Source of the DNA: Myxococcota bacterium
Lineage (GTDB): Bacteria > Myxococcota_A > UBA796
Assembly (NCBI GenBank): GCA_036156175.1
Contig: JAYZVA010000058.1
Span: forward strand, 1 to 63,443
Length of the DNA: 63,443 nucleotides
Reading direction: 5' to 3'
Made by a program: the position numbers and the translations under genes. Below the pieces are notes generated by a model. That model did no database searches. It worked only from the letters and a program-made list of their open reading frames with translations, and was not told the DNA's origin. Below, in pieces: positions 20,400 to 31,000 of the stretch (position 1 is its first letter; each line of letters starts with the position of its first letter).

Positions 20400-21356
20400 T
20401 CAGTGCACGGACGCGCCGAAAAGCGCGGGCTCCCACAGGTCTCGGTGCGCGCGATACCACTCCACGGTGCGACGGATGCCGTCCTCCATCTCCACCCGTG
20501 GCGCCCAATCGAGGGCCGCCCGAGTGCCCATGTCGTTGAGCGCGTAGCGGGAATCCTGCCCCTGCCGATCGGGGCCAAAGGCCAACCCGGGGGCGTCCAA
20601 GAGGGCGGCGATGGCCCCGGCCGTGCGGCGATTCTCGCGGTGTTGCTGCCCAGCGAAGTGCCACGTCGCTTGATCCTGCCACCGATTGAGCCCGGCGATG
20701 ATGCCGCGGGCGAAGTCCTCCACGAACAACCAATCGCGAATCGCCGTCCCTTCGCCATGGACGGGAAGCGGACGACCGTGCAGCGCCGACAGAATCCAGC
20801 AAGGGATCGCTTTCTCCGGGTGCTGGCGCGGTCCGTAGTTGTTGGTGCAGCGCACAATGGCTGCGGGGTAGCCGTGGGTGTGCCGCCAAGCATGCACGAG
20901 CCCTTCCGCACCGACCTTGGAGGCCGCATAGGCGTTGCCGGGACGCATGGGAGACTCGGGATCGAATGCCACGCCGTGCGGCGCTTGCCCGAACACCTCG
21001 TCGGTCGAGATGTGAATGAATCGGTCCACCCCCGCTCGGCACGCCGAGTCAAGCATGACCCGGGTTCCGACCACGTTGGTCTGCAGAAACGCATCGGGGC
21101 CGGTGAGCGACCGGGCCACGTGGCTCTCGGCGGCCATGTGGACCACGGCGTCGATGCCGTCCATCGCTCGGCGAACGGCGTGCTCATCGCACACATCGCC
21201 GTGAATGAAGGTGTGGGGAACGCCGTCCAGAAAAGCCCGATTGCCGGCATAGGTGAGCTTGTCAAAGACCACCACATCGCGGCCCGTTTCCGCCAAACTG
21301 CGGACGAGTTGCGAGCCCATAAAGCCCGCGCCGCCGGTGACCAAAATGCGACTCAT
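20400..21356 (-). CDS. rfbB: dTDP-glucose 4,6-dehydratase
   Basis: TGGAGFMGS, DKLTYAGN, AAESHV, STDEVFG, YAASK, NNYGPRQHPEK, RDWLFVED. Confidence 0.9.
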   Translation of the reverse strand: MSRILVTGGAGFMGSQLVRSLAETGRDVVVFDKLTYAGNRAFLDGVPHTFIHGDVCDEHAVRRAMDGIDAVVHMAAESHVARSLTGPDAFLQTNVVGTRVMLDSACRAGVDRFIHISTDEVFGQAPHGVAFDPESPMRPGNAYAASKVGAEGLVHAWRHTHGYPAAIVRCTNNYGPRQHPEKAIPCWILSALHGRPLPVHGEGTAIRDWLFVEDFARGIIAGLNRWQDQATWHFAGQQHRENRRTAGAIAALLDAPGLAFGPDRQGQDSRYALNDMGTRAALDWAPRVEMEDGIRRTVEWYRAHRDLWEPALFGASVH

Positions 21357-21456
21357 GCCGGTGTCCCCTCCTGCTCACGACTGTCATAGGGCATCTCGCA
21401 CTCCGCGTCACGGGATACCTCCCGACCGACCGGCGTTGCGACGCGCCCCATGCAAC

Positions 21457-22854
21457 TCAGCCTTCGCGCAGGTTGCTCACCAACTGGGCAATCGTGTCGC
21501 CCGCGTTCCCAAACAACATCCGCGAGTTGTCGTGGAAGAACAGGGGGTTGGCCACACCGGCGTACCCCGCGCCCATTCCGCGCTTGAAGATCACCACCGT
21601 TCCCGACTTCCATGCCTCCAGCACCGGCATGCCGTAGATCGGGCTGGCGGTGTCGGTCTGGGCCCCGGGGTTGACGATGTCGTTGGCGCCGATCACGAGC
21701 ACCACATCGGTCGCGGGGAAATCGTCGTTGATTTCTTCCATCTCCAGCACGATGTCGTAGGGAACACCCGCTTCGGCCAACAGCACGTTCATGTGACCCG
21801 GGAGGCGGCCGGCAACCGGATGAATCGCATACCGGACGTCGATGTCTTTGCCGCGAAGGATCCGCGTCAAGTCGTTGACCATGTGCTGCGCCCGCGCCAC
21901 GGCCATGCCGTATCCGGGCACAATGATGACGCGCTTGGCTTGAAGCAGGGCGTTGGCGCAGCCGGACACGTCGATCTCGGTCACCTCGCCCTGGGCCCCG
22001 GCTGCAGCCGGTGCGGGGGCATCGCCCGAGTCGGTTCCAAAGCCGCCGAAGACCACGTTCCAGATGCTGCGGTTCATCGCTTCGCACATGATGTACGACA
22101 AGATCGCGCCCGATGACCCCACCAACGCGCCCGTGATGATCAACGCGTTGTTGTTGAGCATGAACCCGGAGGCCGCTGCCGCCCACCCGGAGTAGCTGTT
22201 CAGCAACGAGACCACGACGGGCATGTCCGCGCCGCCGATGGCCATCACCAAGTGGATGCCCATCAGACACGTGATCGCCGTCATGATGTAGAGGAGCTGC
22301 AACCCGTACTCGAGGTCCGCGCTCAAAAAGGGCACGGCGAGCCCGATGGTCGCCAAGAGCATGGCCAGGTTGATGAAGTGACGTCCCGGCAGAAGCAGCG
22401 GTGTTCCCGACATCGAGCCGCGAAGCTTGGCCCATGCAATGACCGAACCGGTGAAGGTGATGGCCCCAATGGCGACCCCCAACCAGACTTCGATGTCGTG
22501 CACCGCGCCCGCATCGGGGTGCGCCATGTAGGTGGAAATGCCCACCAACACCGCAGCCAACCCAACGAAGCTGTGGAGAATGGCGACCAACTGGGGCATT
22601 CCAGTCATCACGACCCGCGCGGCCATGACGGCACCAATGACCCCACCAATGGCGACGGACCCGATCAACACGGTGTTGATTTCGAGCCCCTTGGTCAGGA
22701 ATGTGGCCCCAATGGCAATGACCATTCCGATGATTCCGTACACGTTTCCGCGGCGGGCCGTTTCCTGGGTCGACAGTCCGCCCAAGGACATGATGAACAG
22801 CACGCCGGCAATGAGGTACGGAACGGCGAGTTGATTTTCAGACAAAGCAATCAT
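21457..22854 (-). CDS. pntB: NAD(P) transhydrogenase beta subunit
   Basis: GGADMPVVVSLLNSYSG, PGYGMAVA, IHPVAGRLPGHMNVLLAEA, GANDIVNP. Confidence 0.97.
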   Translation of the reverse strand: MIALSENQLAVPYLIAGVLFIMSLGGLSTQETARRGNVYGIIGMVIAIGATFLTKGLEINTVLIGSVAIGGVIGAVMAARVVMTGMPQLVAILHSFVGLAAVLVGISTYMAHPDAGAVHDIEVWLGVAIGAITFTGSVIAWAKLRGSMSGTPLLLPGRHFINLAMLLATIGLAVPFLSADLEYGLQLLYIMTAITCLMGIHLVMAIGGADMPVVVSLLNSYSGWAAAASGFMLNNNALIITGALVGSSGAILSYIMCEAMNRSIWNVVFGGFGTDSGDAPAPAAAGAQGEVTEIDVSGCANALLQAKRVIIVPGYGMAVARAQHMVNDLTRILRGKDIDVRYAIHPVAGRLPGHMNVLLAEAGVPYDIVLEMEEINDDFPATDVVLVIGANDIVNPGAQTDTASPIYGMPVLEAWKSGTVVIFKRGMGAGYAGVANPLFFHDNSRMLFGNAGDTIAQLVSNLREG

Positions 22855-22866
22855 TGGATCCGACCC

Positions 22867-24447
22867 TTACTTCCGAAACATGGCGAGCATGCGTTGGGTG
22901 ACCAAGAAGCCCCCCGCGATGTTGATGCTGGCGACCAAGATGGCGACGGCGCCCAAAATTTGAGCCACCTGGCTGGCTTCGGCGTTTCCGGCCTGCAGCA
23001 TGCCGCCCACGATGATGATGCCCGAGATGGCATTGGTCACGCTCATCAGCGGTGTGTGCAGCGCCGCTGTGACGTTCCACACCACTTGAAAGCCCACAAA
23101 ACACGCCAACACAAAGACGGTGAGTTGCTGCACAAACAGGCTCATGTCCTCGTTCAGCCCCACATACACCGCCAGCGCGCCGACCACGGCCATGATGACC
23201 GACGGCAAGCGACTCGGTCCCGTTTCTTCGGGTTCAACCACCGGAGCGGGTGGCGGCGGAGCGGCCGGCACCTCATCGGTGGGCGGTGGGGCCACCGCCT
23301 TCTCGGGATCGGGCGGTGGTGGCCATGTGACGACGCCATCGCGCAGAACCAACGACTTTCGAACCACTTCGTCTTCCAAGTCGATGGCGCATTCGCCTTC
23401 GGTGGTCATGTCCGAGAGGAGGTTCACCAGGTTGGTCCCGAACAACTGGCTGGATTGGGTGGCCAGTCGGCTCGTGAGGTCGGTGTACCCGAGGATGGTC
23501 ACGCCCTTGACTTCGACGGCGCGGTCCGGCTGCGTGTAGCCGCAGTTGCCGCCTTGTTCCGCCGCGAGGTCCACCACGATGGACCCCCGCTTCATCGAAT
23601 CGACCATCTCTTTGGTGATCAGCACCGGGGCTTTTTTGCCGGGAATCAGCGCCGTGGTGATGATGATGTCGACTTCTTTGGCTTGTTCGGCGAACAGGGC
23701 CATCTCTGCATCGATGAACTCCTTGGACATGGTCTTGGCGTACCCGCCTGCCGTCTCGCCGGACTCGTCGGCCGGGAACTCCAGCTCGAGGAACCGAGCC
23801 CCCAAGCTCTCGACTTGCTCTTTGGCGGCGAGGCGAACATCGAAGGCCCGCACTTCGGCACCCAAGCCGCGGGCGGCGGCAATGGCCGCCAGGCCGGCGA
23901 CCCCCGCTCCAATCACCATGACCTGCGCCGGCCGCGTCCGGCCGGCCGCCGTGATCTGTCCGGAGAAGAACGAACCAAAGTGATTCGCCGCTTCGATCAC
24001 CGCCCGGTAGCCCGCAATGTTGGCCATCGATGACAGGACGTCCATTTTCTGAGCGCGGCTGATCCGCGGGATCTGGTCGAGGGCGATGACCGTTGCCTTG
24101 CGGGCGGCCAACCGTTCGATCATCGGCCCGTTGGTGGCGGGCTGAATCATCGAGATGAGCCACCCGCCTTCCCGGAGCCGTTCGCACTCGTCGCTGCCGT
24201 CGGCGGGGTCAACCCCTGGCCCGCGAACCTTCAACACGATGTCGGACTGCGCCCACAAATCGGCAACCGCCGACACCACCTCGGCACCGGCTTCGGCGTA
24301 GGCGTCGTCGCTCAGCTTCGCCCCTTCGCCTGCACCGGACTGGACCGAGACGTCAAAGCCCAGCTTGATCAACTTGCCCACGGTGTCGGGGGTCGCTGCG
24401 ACCCGACGCTCTCCGGGGTGCACTTCTGTAGGGATTCCTACCCGCAT
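22867..24447 (-). CDS. pntA: NAD(P) transhydrogenase alpha subunit
   Basis: [49 protein letters not shown]. Confidence 0.97.
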   Translation of the reverse strand: MRVGIPTEVHPGERRVAATPDTVGKLIKLGFDVSVQSGAGEGAKLSDDAYAEAGAEVVSAVADLWAQSDIVLKVRGPGVDPADGSDECERLREGGWLISMIQPATNGPMIERLAARKATVIALDQIPRISRAQKMDVLSSMANIAGYRAVIEAANHFGSFFSGQITAAGRTRPAQVMVIGAGVAGLAAIAAARGLGAEVRAFDVRLAAKEQVESLGARFLELEFPADESGETAGGYAKTMSKEFIDAEMALFAEQAKEVDIIITTALIPGKKAPVLITKEMVDSMKRGSIVVDLAAEQGGNCGYTQPDRAVEVKGVTILGYTDLTSRLATQSSQLFGTNLVNLLSDMTTEGECAIDLEDEVVRKSLVLRDGVVTWPPPPDPEKAVAPPPTDEVPAAPPPPAPVVEPEETGPSRLPSVIMAVVGALAVYVGLNEDMSLFVQQLTVFVLACFVGFQVVWNVTAALHTPLMSVTNAISGIIIVGGMLQAGNAEASQVAQILGAVAILVASINIAGGFLVTQRMLAMFRK

Positions 24448-24536
24448 TTCAGCCTCCAGCGCGTGTTTCTATCACGTGCGAGGGCTTCGATCCCGGATCG
24501 AGTGAAGGCTTTTCAAACAAATCCCGCGGGTCGCCC

Positions 24537-26063
24537 TCATTTATTGGGGCCAAACTCCGAATCCGGGACCGCCGAAGGCATGACCAAGTGGACGCCCTCG
24601 AAGCGCTGGCCGTCGTCTTTGTGGTGCCACTCGGCGGTGTCGGGATCCATCGTGTAATCGACAGCGTACTTCCGCCATTCGCGCGCAATGTGCGGAATGG
24701 CCTCCAAAAGCACCCGAAACTCGCCCTCCGACGTCGCGGGTGAGAACGAACACCGCACCCACCCGGGCTTCGCGGCCACGTCGCCGCCATCGAGGGAGCA
24801 CCGAATGGCTTCGGACTCGGATTGATCGATTCCCAGCAGGTCGTGCCCGTAGGTGCCCGCGCACATGCACCCTCCACGGACTTGGATGCCGTACAGGTCG
24901 TTGAGCAGCCGAACCGCCAGATTGTGGTGCAGGCGACCGCCGTCGAGGATGACGCTGACAATCCCGATGCGGGGGGCCTCCAAGTCGCCCAGAATCCGCA
25001 CCCGATCGTTGTTGCGCCATTCATCGATGGCCCGCCGCACAAAATGGTGCTCCACCGCTTCGATCCGTTCCAGACCGATCATCGCCTTCAGGTCGAAGGC
25101 CAACCCCGCCCGAATGACTTGAACGATGGGGGGTGTGCCCCCCTCTTCCCGATGCTCGACATCGTCGAGGTATTTGTACGCCCATGGGCTCGTGTACAGC
25201 ACCGTGCCGCCGCCCGGCTCCGCCGGCACTTCGGTCCGGAACAGCGCCTTGTTGGCCGCCAACACACCGGGGGTCTGGGGTCCACCCACAAACTTGTGCA
25301 CCGAGATGAACACCGCGTCTTTGCGGCATTCGTCATCGGGGTCGGGATGCATGTCGATCTCCACATAGGGCGCGGCCGCCGCGTAATCGAAAAACGCGAA
25401 CCCGCCGTGTGCATGCATCACCCGGGCCAGCTCGTCGGGATCGGCGAGGATTCCCGTGACGTTCGAGGCGGCCGAGAACGTCCCGATCTTGAGGGGTCGA
25501 TCCCGATGCTCCGGCTTGGAGAGCACTTTGTCGATCTCACGCCAGTCGATCCGCCCCTGCTTGTCGTAGCCGATGTACTCGGTGATGCCGATGGTCTCTT
25601 GCCACGGAAGGTCGTTGGAGTGGTGCTCCATTCGGCTCCGAATGACCACCGGGCGGGCGTCGTCCGGAACCTCCACTTGGCCGCGGAGCGTGTCGGGGAT
25701 CCGCAGCCCCATGCATGCAATCAGCTTGTTGATGGCGCCGGTCGCCCCCGATCCACTGAACACGACGGCGTCCGATGGACCGGCGTTCAGCGCGTCGCGC
25801 ACCTTCTCGTGCGCCTCGCGGTACAGCGTGGTCATCAAGGAACCTGTGTAGCTGGCCTCCGTGTGGGTGTTGGCCATGTAGGGCAGCACCGAGCTTCGAA
25901 TCAGATCTTCAATCGGGGCAAAGGGCAGCCCGCTGGCGGTCTGGTCAAAATACCGCTTCCGTCGCATGCCGCCGGGGGTTGGGATGGATGCCGTGCGGCC
26001 GATGATTCCATCCCGCACCCACGTCAGCACCGGGTCGGTTCGCACATCGAGGGTTTGTGCCAT
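24537..26063 (-). CDS. Class V PLP-dependent aminotransferase / cysteine desulfurase-like protein
   Basis: YFDQTASG, EHHSNDLPW, SNVTG, SVHKF (PLP Lys), EGGTP, RGGCMCA. GGAGG RBS before ATG 26063. Confidence 0.88.
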   Translation of the reverse strand: MAQTLDVRTDPVLTWVRDGIIGRTASIPTPGGMRRKRYFDQTASGLPFAPIEDLIRSSVLPYMANTHTEASYTGSLMTTLYREAHEKVRDALNAGPSDAVVFSGSGATGAINKLIACMGLRIPDTLRGQVEVPDDARPVVIRSRMEHHSNDLPWQETIGITEYIGYDKQGRIDWREIDKVLSKPEHRDRPLKIGTFSAASNVTGILADPDELARVMHAHGGFAFFDYAAAAPYVEIDMHPDPDDECRKDAVFISVHKFVGGPQTPGVLAANKALFRTEVPAEPGGGTVLYTSPWAYKYLDDVEHREEGGTPPIVQVIRAGLAFDLKAMIGLERIEAVEHHFVRRAIDEWRNNDRVRILGDLEAPRIGIVSVILDGGRLHHNLAVRLLNDLYGIQVRGGCMCAGTYGHDLLGIDQSESEAIRCSLDGGDVAAKPGWVRCSFSPATSEGEFRVLLEAIPHIAREWRKYAVDYTMDPDTAEWHHKDDGQRFEGVHLVMPSAVPDSEFGPNK

Positions 26064-26155
26064 GGGGACCTCCGCTCTCGAAATCATAGCCCCACACCAT
26101 CGGTTTGGGGGACCAGAGCTGCAGGTTTTTCCGCAAGGCCTCGCCAGCGGCAGCC

Positions 26156-27394
26156 TCACGACTTCTTGAGGATGTACCGCATGAGGTCCTCTCGAGAGTG
26201 AAACGCTTCGTGATTGCTGTTCCGAAGCCCCTTGTAATCGTTGTAGTAGGGGTAGCTCGACCGACTGCGGTCCGTCGGAAGTTCGGTGAACGTTCCATCG
26301 GGTCCACGCTCCGAACGAAACATCTCTCCCTTCTTGGTCTTGGTGAACTGCCAATCGTTGAACGCGTCGGTCTGGCCCGCCTCTTCGCGCGCCACATCCA
26401 GGGCAAACTCTCCCGAGAAAAACGCCGCGTAATCCGACCCCGGCGCAATTTTTTGCCAGTTGGACATGCGGGTCGCTTCGGGGAACGTGCTCGCCACCCA
26501 GTCCTGGGTGGACCGCTTGTCGCCGTTCGCATCCTCCAAGCCCAGGTCATGCGTGTTGCAGGCACTGAACATCATGGAATCGACCTGCGAAAACGCCTTC
26601 GGAAACACCGCAGACAACGCCTCGAGGTCGCGCACATCAAGCGTATCGCCTGTGGTCACGTTGTCGTCGTACTCGTGATTGGGAAACTCCCCGAACACGT
26701 AGGAAGTGTTCGAGTAGTGGTGGCCGGACAACACAAACGACGAGATCTCAAACTCGCCCATCTCGGCGCGATTCAGCACGCTGATCAGCTGCAGCATTTC
26801 ATTCGCGGCGCCCCCGCCAGAGTGCATCACCTTGGCGGCGCCTTCCGAGTCCGTCATCAGCGCGTGCACCACGGCGCTTGCGCGGGACGGCGGCACCCCA
26901 ATGTGACCCAACGCCGTGAGCCAGTCGGACCGCACCCGCTCGGCGGTGCCCGCCTTGAGGGTGCCCTTTTCTTTCCACGTGCCCTCTTCCAGGACGTGCG
27001 AGTCGTTCACCCCCAGCGTCAACACCCGGCCGTCCATCCGAACCTGACCGTGTTCCAGCGCCGGGTCGTCGTACCACCAGGTCATGGTGGACGCCATTTG
27101 CTCCCCAAAGGCGTACTGGTCGGTGCGGTGCCCATCGGCAAACGGGTCGGAGATGGGGATCATGCTCTTCTTCCCGAGGCCCAGTTGATCGGCTTTCTGG
27201 AGCGCCGCGAGCGTCTCGGGAATCTCGTCGTTGTGGTGCGTCACGCTGTTCTGCGTCAGGTAGATCATCACCTGCTCTTTCTGCATTTCTTCGACGGCCG
27301 CGGCGTTGCTCGTGGAATCCGACCCGGCGGAACTGGACGACGACCCGGATGTCGACCGGTCTGTTCCATTTCTTCGACGGGAATAATCGGACAC
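26156..27394 (-). CDS. Hypothetical protein with Ser/Thr-rich N-terminal leader and possible caspase-like His/Cys dyad
   Basis: AGGAGGAG RBS before GTG 27394; normal GC-rich codon usage; motifs FVLSGHH and MMFSACNT; no Sec signal. Confidence 0.7.
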   Translation of the reverse strand: MSDYSRRRNGTDRSTSGSSSSSAGSDSTSNAAAVEEMQKEQVMIYLTQNSVTHHNDEIPETLAALQKADQLGLGKKSMIPISDPFADGHRTDQYAFGEQMASTMTWWYDDPALEHGQVRMDGRVLTLGVNDSHVLEEGTWKEKGTLKAGTAERVRSDWLTALGHIGVPPSRASAVVHALMTDSEGAAKVMHSGGGAANEMLQLISVLNRAEMGEFEISSFVLSGHHYSNTSYVFGEFPNHEYDDNVTTGDTLDVRDLEALSAVFPKAFSQVDSMMFSACNTHDLGLEDANGDKRSTQDWVASTFPEATRMSNWQKIAPGSDYAAFFSGEFALDVAREEAGQTDAFNDWQFTKTKKGEMFRSERGPDGTFTELPTDRSRSSYPYYNDYKGLRNSNHEAFHSREDLMRYILKKS

Positions 27395-27413
27395 AGCGCA
27401 CTCCTCCTGCGCG

Positions 27414-27446
27414 ATCGTATACGCCCCGGTCCAATCGTGTACCCCC
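27414..27446 (-). promoter_or_regulatory. Putative alternative (ECF-like) sigma promoter, copy A
   Basis: GGGGGTACACGATTGGACCGGGGCGTATACGAT; 22/33 ungapped identity to 40601-40633; ends 19 nt before the start codon. Confidence 0.55.
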
Positions 27447-27543
27447 GAGCCGAAAATATTTCGAAAACAAGGGGACCACAATCGCCCAAGATGGCTTAAA
27501 CCGACCTCAGCACTGGTTCACCGCGAACCGCTGGAGGGGACGC

Positions 27544-28725
27544 ATGGAAGCAACGGACCAAACCGGGAAAATCATTTGGACAAACGCCATCTTTTTGGCG
27601 ATTACACCTTTTCTTGCAGTGGCGGCCGGCGCCTGGTACTTCGCCACCCAAACCTTCTCGTGGACCCCCATCATCGCCGCCGTCGCCCTGTACTTCGTGG
27701 CGGGCATGAGCATCACGGTCGCGTATCACCGACTGTTCAGCCATCGGACGTACAAAGCGAGCCCCATCCTGCGGGCCATCTTCGCCGTCACGGGCGCTTC
27801 GGCGTGGCAGAACAGCATCATCGAGTGGGCGTCCGACCACCGGCGGCACCACCTGTACGTCGACACCGACGATGATCCCTACAACGCGCACCGGGGTTTT
27901 TGGTACTCCCACATCTTCTGGATCTGCATCCGCGGCCGCCACGACGGCGACCTGAGCAACGTCAAAGACCTGTTCGACGACCCGATTTGTGCGTGGCAGC
28001 ACCGCCACTACTGGTCCATCTCCATCGCGTTCAACGTCCTCGTGCCCGTGCTGTTGGGCTGGCTGACGGGAGACGTCCTCAGCATGGTGATCTGGGCGGG
28101 CCTGATCCGGGTGGTCGTCGTTCACCACACCACGTTCCTGATCAACTCGTCCGCCCACATGTTCGGCACGCAACCGTACTCCGACCACAACACCGCCCGC
28201 GACTCGTGGTGGCTGGCGTTCCTGACCCACGGCGAGGGCTACCACAACTACCACCATGCCTTCGAGAAGGACTACCGAAACGGCCGCAGCTGGTACGACT
28301 GGGACCCGTCGAAGTGGCTGATCGCCGCGTTTGCAAAGGTGGGGCTGGCCCAAGACCTCCGTCGTGTGCCCGACGACATGGTGCTTCGGCGTCGCTTCGA
28401 GGAAGGGCGGTCGCGCTTCGTCGACGATCTTGAATCCTGGGGCAAGAAGTGGGACGCCTGGAAAGAGGAAGTCCGTGCCGGTGCCCAAGACGCCCTCGGC
28501 GAGCACCTGCTCCACGCCGAAGAGCGCATCGATGCGGCCCTCAAGGACCTGCGGAAGAAGCGCGCGGCGTGGCAAAAAGCGGTGCGGGACAACCAGTCGA
28601 AGGCGACCATCCGGTCCATGAAGAAAGCCTGCCGCTCTGCCCAACGGAGCATCTCCAGCGCGATGGCCGAGTGGGAGGCCATGATGGGCCAGTATGCCCA
28701 GTCCATGACTCCCCAAGCGGCATAG
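27544..28725 (+). CDS. Delta-9-type fatty acid (acyl-CoA) desaturase
   Basis: Three His boxes HRLFSH, HRRHH, HNYHH; DPSKW; C-terminal coiled-coil extension. Confidence 0.93.
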   Translation: MEATDQTGKIIWTNAIFLAITPFLAVAAGAWYFATQTFSWTPIIAAVALYFVAGMSITVAYHRLFSHRTYKASPILRAIFAVTGASAWQNSIIEWASDHRRHHLYVDTDDDPYNAHRGFWYSHIFWICIRGRHDGDLSNVKDLFDDPICAWQHRHYWSISIAFNVLVPVLLGWLTGDVLSMVIWAGLIRVVVVHHTTFLINSSAHMFGTQPYSDHNTARDSWWLAFLTHGEGYHNYHHAFEKDYRNGRSWYDWDPSKWLIAAFAKVGLAQDLRRVPDDMVLRRRFEEGRSRFVDDLESWGKKWDAWKEEVRAGAQDALGEHLLHAEERIDAALKDLRKKRAAWQKAVRDNQSKATIRSMKKACRSAQRSISSAMAEWEAMMGQYAQSMTPQAA

Positions 28726-28726
28726 C

Positions 28727-29419
28727 ATGCCCGCCCCCACCCTCGAAGCCGCCGCCACCGAGTTCGACCGGTGGGCCGATGCTGGGCGCGCGGAATCGAT
28801 GGCGGAGGGCCACGGCGGCGTGACCCGACAGACGCTCGACCGGTGGGCCTTGAGCACCGATGACACCGTGCTCGATGTGGGGTGCGGCAACGGCTGGGCC
28901 GTGCGCGAGATGTTGGCTCGAGGCGCCGGTCGAGGGATTGGCGTCGACGTGGCTCCGAAGATGGTTGCGCTCGCCCATGCCGCGAGGGCGGCCGACGAGC
29001 CCTCCGCGTTTCATGTGGCTCCCGCCGACGATCTGCCCATCGCCGACAGAGCCGTGACCCGCATCTTGAACATCGAGAGCATCTATTACTACCCCGACCC
29101 CGCTGCGGCGGTGCGTGAGTGGGCGCGCGTCAGCGCTCCCGACGGACGATTGGCCGTGCTCGTCGACCTGTACGCCGAGAATCCCGCGACCCACTGCTGG
29201 ATCGACGCGCTCGACGTCGCGGTTCACCTGTTGAGCGCCGACGACCTGACCACCATGCTGGCCCGTGCCGGTTGGCGCGACGTGTGGACCGAGCAAATCG
29301 TGGACCCCCGACCCATCACCCCGGAATCCAAGTTCACGGTGAGCAAGTATTGGCCCAGCTACACGGCGTACTTGGAGTACCGGCGGACCGGTGCGCTGGT
29401 CGTGCACGGCACGCGATAG
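28727..29419 (+). CDS. Class I SAM-dependent methyltransferase
   Basis: VLDVGCGNGW, GVDVAPKM, ESIYYYPDP. Confidence 0.88.
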   Translation: MPAPTLEAAATEFDRWADAGRAESMAEGHGGVTRQTLDRWALSTDDTVLDVGCGNGWAVREMLARGAGRGIGVDVAPKMVALAHAARAADEPSAFHVAPADDLPIADRAVTRILNIESIYYYPDPAAAVREWARVSAPDGRLAVLVDLYAENPATHCWIDALDVAVHLLSADDLTTMLARAGWRDVWTEQIVDPRPITPESKFTVSKYWPSYTAYLEYRRTGALVVHGTR

Positions 29420-29425
29420 GTCGGA

Positions 29426-30940
29426 TCACCGGCGGACCAGCAGCGCGTACCAACCGCGCTCCGGTCGGGGCACCTCCGGTGCGTCACCCCGAGCCAGCGC
29501 CAAGTCGCCGTCTCCCACGACCCACTCCACGCGCCAGTCGGGGCTCTCGAGCAGCCGAATGGTCCGCCCCCCATCCTCGCCTTTCGCGCCCACGCTGTTG
29601 ATCATGATGGCGTCGAGGTCGTCGGGAATGGGTCCGGCCCAGATCGGCCCGACGGCGCGGGCGCGCAGCCCCGCCCGCAAGACCACATCGCGGCTGGAGA
29701 AATCGGCCCCCACAACCCCGCTCGGGGGCGCGTTGGACGCCAGCATTTGGGCCGCCAACGCCGCCGCCTCGGAACCCTCGAGGAAGTAGGGAGGCTCGTG
29801 GCCAAGGGGGGTCAAGTGGACCTCGGCCAACACGGCTGCCAACGCAACGGCCATCCAGCGGCCGGACGCCAGCGAAGCCACGCCCGCAGCCATCAGCGCG
29901 ATGAGGCCCGGAAACACGAACAGGTAGTTGGACGCGGCGCCGGCTTGGTCCTTGGCCATGGGTGCCACGGCCACGACAAAGAGCGGCGTTGCCACCAGCA
30001 CAATGATGGTCCAAAACGAGGCGTTCCGCTCCAACCTCAGTCCGCTCCACACCACACTCAGAACGCCCGTGAAGCCGATGGCGCCCACCACAATGCCGGC
30101 GGCGCCCACGAGGCCTCCGGGCATGGACGCCACCAACGACACCACATCGTCGATGGCGGGTTGCCCGGGCACCACCCCCGATTCCACGGCCGCCAGAGCA
30201 AACCGACGAAACTCGGTGGGCACCGAAGCGGGGCCAAAAAGCGACAACAAATCCCAGGTTGACCAAGTGCCGTACCACGGCCCGAACAACTGCTCGTGGC
30301 CCGACAATCCCCGCAAAGAGCTGCGCAACACGGCGTGGGGAAAGACCGCCACGGCCGCGCTCAACGCCGCGCGACGCCACCCCTGACCCGCCATCCAGAT
30401 GACGCCCGCGGTCATGACGGGAAGCAAAATTCCTTCCGGTCGGGCCATGGGTGCAGCCGCCGCCAGCAGCACGACCGCAATCGACCCCTTTTGCTGCTGA
30501 ACCGCGGCCACCGACGCGGCAAGGAAGGCCGTGGTGATGATCGCGCCAAGGGGCCGGGCATCGAGCACGGGAGCGTGGGTCAAGAACGTGGGCATGAGCA
30601 CGTACACCGCGACCGCAATCCGCCCCGCATGCCGCCCCCCCAACAGGGTGGACAGGCGGTGAAGCGGCCACGCGAGTGCACCCCAAAGGCCCAAGTTCAG
30701 CAACCGCGCGCCGGCCGTGTCGTACCCCAGCGCGACCGCGGGCACATTGAGCAACGACCACAACGGAGGCCAGAAGTTGGGATCCCCCACCTCCGTGGGC
30801 GATCCGAGCCACGATGCGCTCAGACGCAGCATCTCCATGCCGTCGGGACTTCGCAGGGCTGAACCACCGAAAAGCAGGAATAGAACCAAGGAAATGGCGG
30901 TCAACGCCGCCCGTTCCTCCACCACGGAGAGTCGAGTCAT
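29426..30940 (-). CDS. Polytopic membrane protein, GT-C (ArnT-like) candidate
   Basis: First-loop SPDGMEM, FWPPLWS, ARPEG motif, many TM segments, soluble C-terminal domain. Confidence 0.55.
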   Translation of the reverse strand: MTRLSVVEERAALTAISLVLFLLFGGSALRSPDGMEMLRLSASWLGSPTEVGDPNFWPPLWSLLNVPAVALGYDTAGARLLNLGLWGALAWPLHRLSTLLGGRHAGRIAVAVYVLMPTFLTHAPVLDARPLGAIITTAFLAASVAAVQQQKGSIAVVLLAAAAPMARPEGILLPVMTAGVIWMAGQGWRRAALSAAVAVFPHAVLRSSLRGLSGHEQLFGPWYGTWSTWDLLSLFGPASVPTEFRRFALAAVESGVVPGQPAIDDVVSLVASMPGGLVGAAGIVVGAIGFTGVLSVVWSGLRLERNASFWTIIVLVATPLFVVAVAPMAKDQAGAASNYLFVFPGLIALMAAGVASLASGRWMAVALAAVLAEVHLTPLGHEPPYFLEGSEAAALAAQMLASNAPPSGVVGADFSSRDVVLRAGLRARAVGPIWAGPIPDDLDAIMINSVGAKGEDGGRTIRLLESPDWRVEWVVGDGDLALARGDAPEVPRPERGWYALLVRR

Positions 30941-31000
30941 TTCACTTCATAGCCACTGGAACCATCGACGGCACTGCATCCCATGGGTAGTATTCTATAG

